Positions 23,266 through 28,036 of a stretch of 28,036 nt of DNA are shown here, one piece after another; within the stretch, counting starts at the first letter, position 1, and each line of letters starts with the position of its first letter. The translations under genes were made by a program, and so were the position numbers. The notes beneath the pieces were generated by a model. It was not told where the DNA came from. It made no database searches and was given only the letters and a program-made list of their open reading frames with translations. Origin of the DNA: Bacteroidota bacterium (GTDB taxonomy: Bacteria > Bacteroidota > Ignavibacteria > UBA10030); assembly GCA_025455125.1 (NCBI GenBank), contig JALONE010000002.1, positions 1-28,036 of the forward strand, read 5' to 3'.

Positions 23266-24789
23266 TCAATGGGGGAGAAGGAATTCCGGCTCATCCGGAC
23301 GGACCGCATCGTGCATGTTCCGCAATGCTTGAAACGCCGCCTCGCTTCCCCTGCGCATGGAGCGATGATACATCCGGTAGGCTTCCCCTTTGTCGATCGA
23401 CCTGCCGAGACCGCGTTCCGCCGCGTACGCAAGGGCGACATCGGCAATGAGCGAGCCGTTGGCCGAGGCGGAATCGAGATGTGCGAGTGCCGGACGAAGA
23501 GTCTCTGTCGTCGTGTCTCCAAGCACGGTGACCACTGCGAGACGAATGTTCGCCTCGCGATCGCCACGGCGCGCTGCTTCTTCCCACCAAGATCGCGCCC
23601 GATCCCGCGACGCCGGCATCCATCGGCCCGTCATCGCACACCATCCCAGTTCGATCATCGCCGGCACAAACCCTTGCGCGGCTGCACGTTCCAGGAGCCG
23701 CAATGCCTGTTCCGTGCTCAGCACCTCCGTGAACTTGAGCGCCGTCAATCCAGACCACACATACAACGCTTCGCTGGAGTTGCGATCCGTGCCGGCCTTC
23801 AACAACCGGACGAATTCATCCTCGCGCGAGATCTTCCACAGCAAGCCCGGCGCACGATAGGAGTCGAGCCGCACAGCGCGCAGGTAGTGGACGGCCGCCT
23901 GCAATGCGTTCGGCGCAACGTAGATCCCTTCTTCGTACATCCGCCCCACGACGCAATGCGCCTCGGGATTGCCGTTTGCCGCCGCATCGATCATCTGCCG
24001 ATAGATGCTTGTGTCCGGGAACATCGGCATTCGTTCGCTGCCTTCATCGCGGTCTGCGAGACTCCGCATCGCTTCACGCAGCAATGTCGAGTCCGGGACG
24101 CTTGTCACCGTATCCGTGTTGAAATCGACAAAGAGGAAACTGATCGTCGTGTCGGACGAGACGCGCGCTGATTCCTGGGATGGTCGCTCTCGCCCCGGTG
24201 ATACAATGTCCGTGGTTGCAACACGATCCAGTCCGCGTCGTTCAAGTTCCTTCGCGGCTTCACGCGCGCCGTCATGTCCCTGGTCTGCCGCCCGTCGAAA
24301 GTACGTGTATGCTTCCGGCCAGTTCCGCGGAACGACGAAGTTCTCCGTATAGCAGAGCCCCGTGATGAACAGACCCTCCGGGACATTCGCTTCGGCCGCC
24401 CGACGGAAATTCCTGAACGCCTCGAACGGATCCCATTCCGTTCCGTACCCGTTCGATTGAAGGATGCCGAGATTGAACTGCGCAAGCCCCATCCCCTGCA
24501 CCGCTGCGCGGGAGATCCAGAAGACCGCCTTCGATGTGTCTGCGGGAAATCCCTTCCCGAACAAGTACCGGAGCCCGAGTTCATGCTGCGCGGCAGGAAC
24601 GCCGGTGTTGGCTTCCTGGATGAGGACGAACGCCTCCAGCATCCGGCGATCGGCGTCCGAGGGAACTATGAGTTGATGCACCTCGCGCGGACGATCGCGT
24701 TTGAACGCCTGCGACTGCGCAACAAGCATCTGCGTGGAGAGAAGGACGAGGAACGGCAGCAGTGTTCGCATATGCATGAGGGGAACCAT
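23266..24789 (-). CDS. Exported Sel1-like repeat protein
   Basis: Repeats AQHELGLRYLFGKG, AQFNLGILQSNGYG, GLCYTENFVVPRN, GRMYEEGIYV and AMIELG...G. Signal peptide; the start may be 24789, 24777 or 24771. Confidence 0.88.
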   Translation of the reverse strand: MVPLMHMRTLLPFLVLLSTQMLVAQSQAFKRDRPREVHQLIVPSDADRRMLEAFVLIQEANTGVPAAQHELGLRYLFGKGFPADTSKAVFWISRAAVQGMGLAQFNLGILQSNGYGTEWDPFEAFRNFRRAAEANVPEGLFITGLCYTENFVVPRNWPEAYTYFRRAADQGHDGAREAAKELERRGLDRVATTDIVSPGRERPSQESARVSSDTTISFLFVDFNTDTVTSVPDSTLLREAMRSLADRDEGSERMPMFPDTSIYRQMIDAAANGNPEAHCVVGRMYEEGIYVAPNALQAAVHYLRAVRLDSYRAPGLLWKISREDEFVRLLKAGTDRNSSEALYVWSGLTALKFTEVLSTEQALRLLERAAAQGFVPAMIELGWCAMTGRWMPASRDRARSWWEEAARRGDREANIRLAVVTVLGDTTTETLRPALAHLDSASANGSLIADVALAYAAERGLGRSIDKGEAYRMYHRSMRRGSEAAFQALRNMHDAVRPDEPEFLLPH

Positions 24790-24816
24790 GGAAGACAATT
24801 TCGTATATTGAGATTG

Positions 24817-24865
24817 GAGTAACAAGTAGAGAGTATCGAATCGGGAGTAGAAAGACGGGAGAACA
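24817..24865 (+). repeat. Degenerate RAGTAnn heptamer array overlapping the ettA ribosome-binding region
   Basis: gagtaac aagtaga gagtatc gaatcgg gagtaga aagacgg gagaaca; same class as 14401-14435. Confidence 0.5.
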
Positions 24866-24868
24866 TCG

Positions 24869-26539
24869 GTGGCGGATCAGAAGATCATTTTTTCGATGAT
24901 TGGTGTTGGCAAGGTGGTGAAGCCGAATCGGCAGATCCTCAAGGATATTTATCTGTCATTCTTCTACGGTGCGAAGATCGGTGTGCTGGGACTCAACGGC
25001 GCCGGAAAAAGCACGCTCTTGCGTATCATCGCGGGTGAGGATAAGGACTATCTCGGCCAGATCACCGCGCAGAAGGGGATCACATTCGGCTATCTGCCGC
25101 AGGAGCCTCAGTTCGAACCCGGCAAAACCGTCCGCGAGATCGTTCAGGAAGGCGTGCAGGAAACCGTGGACCTTCTCGCCGAGTATGAGAAGATCAATCA
25201 GGCACTCGCCGAACCCGACGCCGATTACGACACCTTGCTCGAGAAACAGAGCAAACTCCAGGAACAGATCGACCACAAGAACGCCTGGGACCTCGACAGC
25301 AAGCTCGAGCAGGCGATGGATGCCCTTCGCTGTCCCCCGGCGGATGCCGCTGTCGATGTCCTTTCCGGCGGAGAGCGGCGCCGTGTCGCTCTGTGCCGTC
25401 TTCTGCTCAAAGAACCCGACGTCCTTTTGTTAGACGAACCAACGAACCATTTGGACGCAGAATCGGTCGCATGGCTGGAACATCATTTGAGCCGGTATGC
25501 GGGAACGGTCATCGCGGTGACACACGACCGCTACTTCCTCGATAATGTGGCTGGATGGATCCTCGAACTGGACCGGGGTGAAGGGATCCCATTCGAGGGA
25601 AACTACTCGTCCTGGTTGGAACAGAAGAAGAAACGCCTGGAAGTGGAGGAAAAGCAGGAATCAAAGCGCCAACGAGTTCTCCAACGCGAACTTGATTGGG
25701 TCCGTCTCAATCCTCGTGGACGTCACGCGAAGGCAAAGGCGCGCATTGCGGCGTATGAGAAGATGCTGCAGGATCAGCCGGAGAAGCGGGATGAGGAGAT
25801 CGAGATCTACGTCCCTCCTGGACCTCGATTGGGAGATGTGGTCATCGAAGCTTCGGGCCTCAGCAAATCATACGGCGACAATCTCCTGTTTGAGAACCTC
25901 GAGTTCGCGCTCCCCCCAGGCGGAATCATCGGTGTCATCGGGCCGAACGGCGCGGGCAAGACCACGCTCTTCCGATTGATCACGGGCCAAGAGAAGCCCG
26001 ACAACGGAGAGATCAAGATCGGCGAAACGGTCAAGCTTGCTTATGTCGATCAAGCACGGCCACTCGATCCGGAGAAGACCATCTGGCAGGAGATCTCCGG
26101 AGGCGAGGATCTGATCCGTCTTGGTTCACGGGAGGTGAACTCTCGCGGGTACGTGGCGCGATTCAATTTCAGCGGGACGGACCAGCAGAAACCCGTCGGC
26201 ATTCTTTCCGGCGGCGAACGGAATCGCGTACACCTCGCAAAGATCCTCCGTGAGGGAGCGAATGTTCTTCTTCTCGACGAGCCGACCAACGATCTCGACG
26301 TCAACACGCTCCGCGCCCTGGAAGAAGCGCTGACGAACTTCGCAGGATGCGCGGTCATTATCTCGCACGACCGCTGGTTCCTCGACCGCCTCGCGACACA
26401 CATCCTCGCGTTCGAAGGAGACAGCACGGTCCAATGGTTCGACGGGAACTACTCAGAATACGAGGAACACCGGAAGAAGGTACTCGGCATCGACGCCGAC
26501 CAACCGCACAGGATCAAGTATAAGAGGCTGACGAGGTGA
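24869..26539 (+). CDS. ettA: Energy-dependent translational throttle protein EttA (ABC-F)
   Basis: ILKDIYLSFFYGAKIGVLGLNGAGKSTLL, LSGGERRRVAL, DEPTNHLD, inter-domain linker, second NBD GPNGAGKTT/LSGGERNR, and PHRIKYKRL terminus. GTG start. Confidence 0.97.
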   Translation: MADQKIIFSMIGVGKVVKPNRQILKDIYLSFFYGAKIGVLGLNGAGKSTLLRIIAGEDKDYLGQITAQKGITFGYLPQEPQFEPGKTVREIVQEGVQETVDLLAEYEKINQALAEPDADYDTLLEKQSKLQEQIDHKNAWDLDSKLEQAMDALRCPPADAAVDVLSGGERRRVALCRLLLKEPDVLLLDEPTNHLDAESVAWLEHHLSRYAGTVIAVTHDRYFLDNVAGWILELDRGEGIPFEGNYSSWLEQKKKRLEVEEKQESKRQRVLQRELDWVRLNPRGRHAKAKARIAAYEKMLQDQPEKRDEEIEIYVPPGPRLGDVVIEASGLSKSYGDNLLFENLEFALPPGGIIGVIGPNGAGKTTLFRLITGQEKPDNGEIKIGETVKLAYVDQARPLDPEKTIWQEISGGEDLIRLGSREVNSRGYVARFNFSGTDQQKPVGILSGGERNRVHLAKILREGANVLLLDEPTNDLDVNTLRALEEALTNFAGCAVIISHDRWFLDRLATHILAFEGDSTVQWFDGNYSEYEEHRKKVLGIDADQPHRIKYKRLTR

Positions 26540-26573
26540 GGAGGAGAAGAAGAGAGCATGGAGCATACAGCGA

Positions 26574-26653
26574 AAGTCAAAAGTCAGAAGGCAAAAGGCT
26601 TGGCCAATGAAGGTACGCTGATGCCAACTCTTTTGACTTTTGCGTTTTGACTT
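26574..26653. repeat. 31-bp imperfect inverted repeat of GTCAAAA heptamers between convergent genes (possible bidirectional terminator)
   Basis: 26574-26604 matches the reverse complement of 26623-26653 at 25/31. Confidence 0.85.
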
Positions 26654-26685
26654 GTTCTATGCGCTCCGGGGTCTCTGCTCCAGGC

Positions 26686-27075
26686 TCACCGGCTCATTTC
26701 CAGCTTCCCCAACAGGTCTTCGAGGAAGCTCTTCATCTCCAGCATTTCGGAGCGGATCTCGTCGTCCTGCAATTTCTTCTTCTGCGGAACGGCGATGAGT
26801 TCTAGTTGTTCGGTGGAATCGGGCTCGGGGATGTATTCTTTCAACACTTGCTTCGCGCCTTCGATCGTGTACTTCTCGTCGCGAAGAAGGTTCTTGATCT
26901 TGAGGATGAGTTTGATGTCCTTGTTCGTGTAGATGCGGTTGCCCGCGCGGTTCTTCGCTGGCTTGAGTTCGGGAAATTCCGTCTCCCAATACCGCAAGAC
27001 GTACTGCTCAAGTCCCGTGATCTTGCTGACTTCGCTGATCGAGTAGTAGAGTTTCTTGATGCCGGCGTGTTTCAT
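26686..27075 (-). CDS. MerR-family HTH transcriptional regulator
   Basis: KLYYSISEVSKITGLEQYVLRYWETEFPELKPAKNRAGNRIY...LLRDEKYTIEGAK. Confidence 0.93.
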   Translation of the reverse strand: MKHAGIKKLYYSISEVSKITGLEQYVLRYWETEFPELKPAKNRAGNRIYTNKDIKLILKIKNLLRDEKYTIEGAKQVLKEYIPEPDSTEQLELIAVPQKKKLQDDEIRSEMLEMKSFLEDLLGKLEMSR

Positions 27076-27198
27076 GCGTGCCTCGTGCCCAATGGTGCAT
27101 CAATGTACATAAAGCCGTAAGGAGTTGCAAACTCAGCAGTTGCGGGCTTTTTATGACACGTTTTCGAGCAATGACGACCGTTTTTTCTTCTTCCGCGA

Positions 27199-28032
27199 AT
27201 GCGCTCCCCTTCCCACCTTCTCGTTGACCTGCCTGAAGCGCCAGGCGTGTATCTCCTCTTCGGCGCGCAGGACGAGCTCCTCTACATCGGAAAGAGCAAG
27301 TCCGTCCGCTCTCGCGTGCGCGCTCATTTCAATGACCGGTCGGAACGCCGCATGATGCGCCGCGTGGCACGCGTGGAAACCCGATTGACCGCGGGAGAAC
27401 TCGGCGCGCTTCTGCTTGAATCACGTCTCATCAAAGAACTCCGTCCGCTGTATAACGTCATGTCGCGGCAGCGCCGTCGCGTCATTGTCGCCCGGCGTCG
27501 CTTGAATGCGGGGGGATATGTTGTTGTCTCCCTGGAGCCGACCGACTATCTCGCCATTCGTCCAGACGAGCCCATTCTTGGATTGTTCAAGCACACGACT
27601 CAAGCAAAGGAATTTCTCGCACGCATCGCGCGGGAGCGCCGGCTCTGTCACAAACTGCTTCACCTGGAGCAGGCACGGAGCTATTGCTTCGGCTATCATC
27701 TCGGTCACTGCGACGGGGCCTGTATGGGGGAAGAACCCGCCGACATCTATAACGCGCGTCTCGAATCGGCGTTCGAAGAGCGACGCATCAAGGCGTGGCC
27801 GTACGAGGGCGCGCTCGTTGTGGAAGAACACGCCGTCAATGGAGATCGCACAGAACGGTTCATCATCGACAACTGGTGTCTGCTGGGAAGTCTGTGTTCG
27901 GATGGAACGACCTGGACCGCGGCGACGCATCGGTTCGACTACGACAGTTACAAGATCCTGCACGCATATGTGACGGACGAGCGAAACCGAGGAATGATCA
28001 GCATCGTGGCAAGGGACTCCGTGACAACCTGA
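27199..28032 (+). CDS. GIY-YIG nuclease (UvrC N-terminal/Cho-like)
   Basis: LPEAPGVYL...LLYIGKSKSVRSRVRAHF, GELGALLLESRLIK, PLYN and Cys cluster CFGYHLGHCDGAC. Confidence 0.9.
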   Translation: MRSPSHLLVDLPEAPGVYLLFGAQDELLYIGKSKSVRSRVRAHFNDRSERRMMRRVARVETRLTAGELGALLLESRLIKELRPLYNVMSRQRRRVIVARRRLNAGGYVVVSLEPTDYLAIRPDEPILGLFKHTTQAKEFLARIARERRLCHKLLHLEQARSYCFGYHLGHCDGACMGEEPADIYNARLESAFEERRIKAWPYEGALVVEEHAVNGDRTERFIIDNWCLLGSLCSDGTTWTAATHRFDYDSYKILHAYVTDERNRGMISIVARDSVTT

Positions 28033-28036
28033 GGTA

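Noticed and set aside
23242-24171. 309-aa plus-strand ORF
   Set aside because: Antisense to the Sel1 gene; Arg/Pro-rich composition typical of non-coding frames.

Overview
A 28-kb chromosomal window from a GC-rich FCB-group bacterium, most likely Ignavibacteria/Chlorobi-like rather than Bacteroidia. This is inferred from a T9SS sorting domain of the QNYPNPFNP type and from sigma70-style -35/-10 promoters. It holds about 21 genes: a membrane SpeE-like protein coupled to an AmmeMemoRadiSam radical SAM enzyme, a hybrid histidine kinase, a hemerythrin + LuxR pair, two lipoproteins, a T9SS cargo protein, three secreted hydrolases (M28, amidohydrolase, S9), a DsbD-N/redoxin/lipoprotein-MsrB module, a RAYT-like ORF, an EamA transporter, a propeller/Y_Y_Y sensor, a Sel1 protein, ettA, a MerR regulator and a GIY-YIG nuclease. 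There are no rRNA, tRNA or CRISPR features. Four observations stand out. (1) The same 52-aa Cx2C-x26-Hx2Cx2C domain is the only cytoplasmic output of two unrelated membrane sensors. (2) An intact RAYT/TnpA(Y1)-like ORF has lost all HUH/Tyr catalytic residues but keeps an SD and a perfect 14-bp hairpin upstream. (3) A 152-bp direct repeat brackets one lipoprotein gene. (4) Many intergenic spacers are mosaics of 7- and 9-bp-period repeats, and one such array also lies inside the T9SS sorting signal. Alignments and mismatch counts were done by eye, and family assignments rest on recalled motifs, not on searches.
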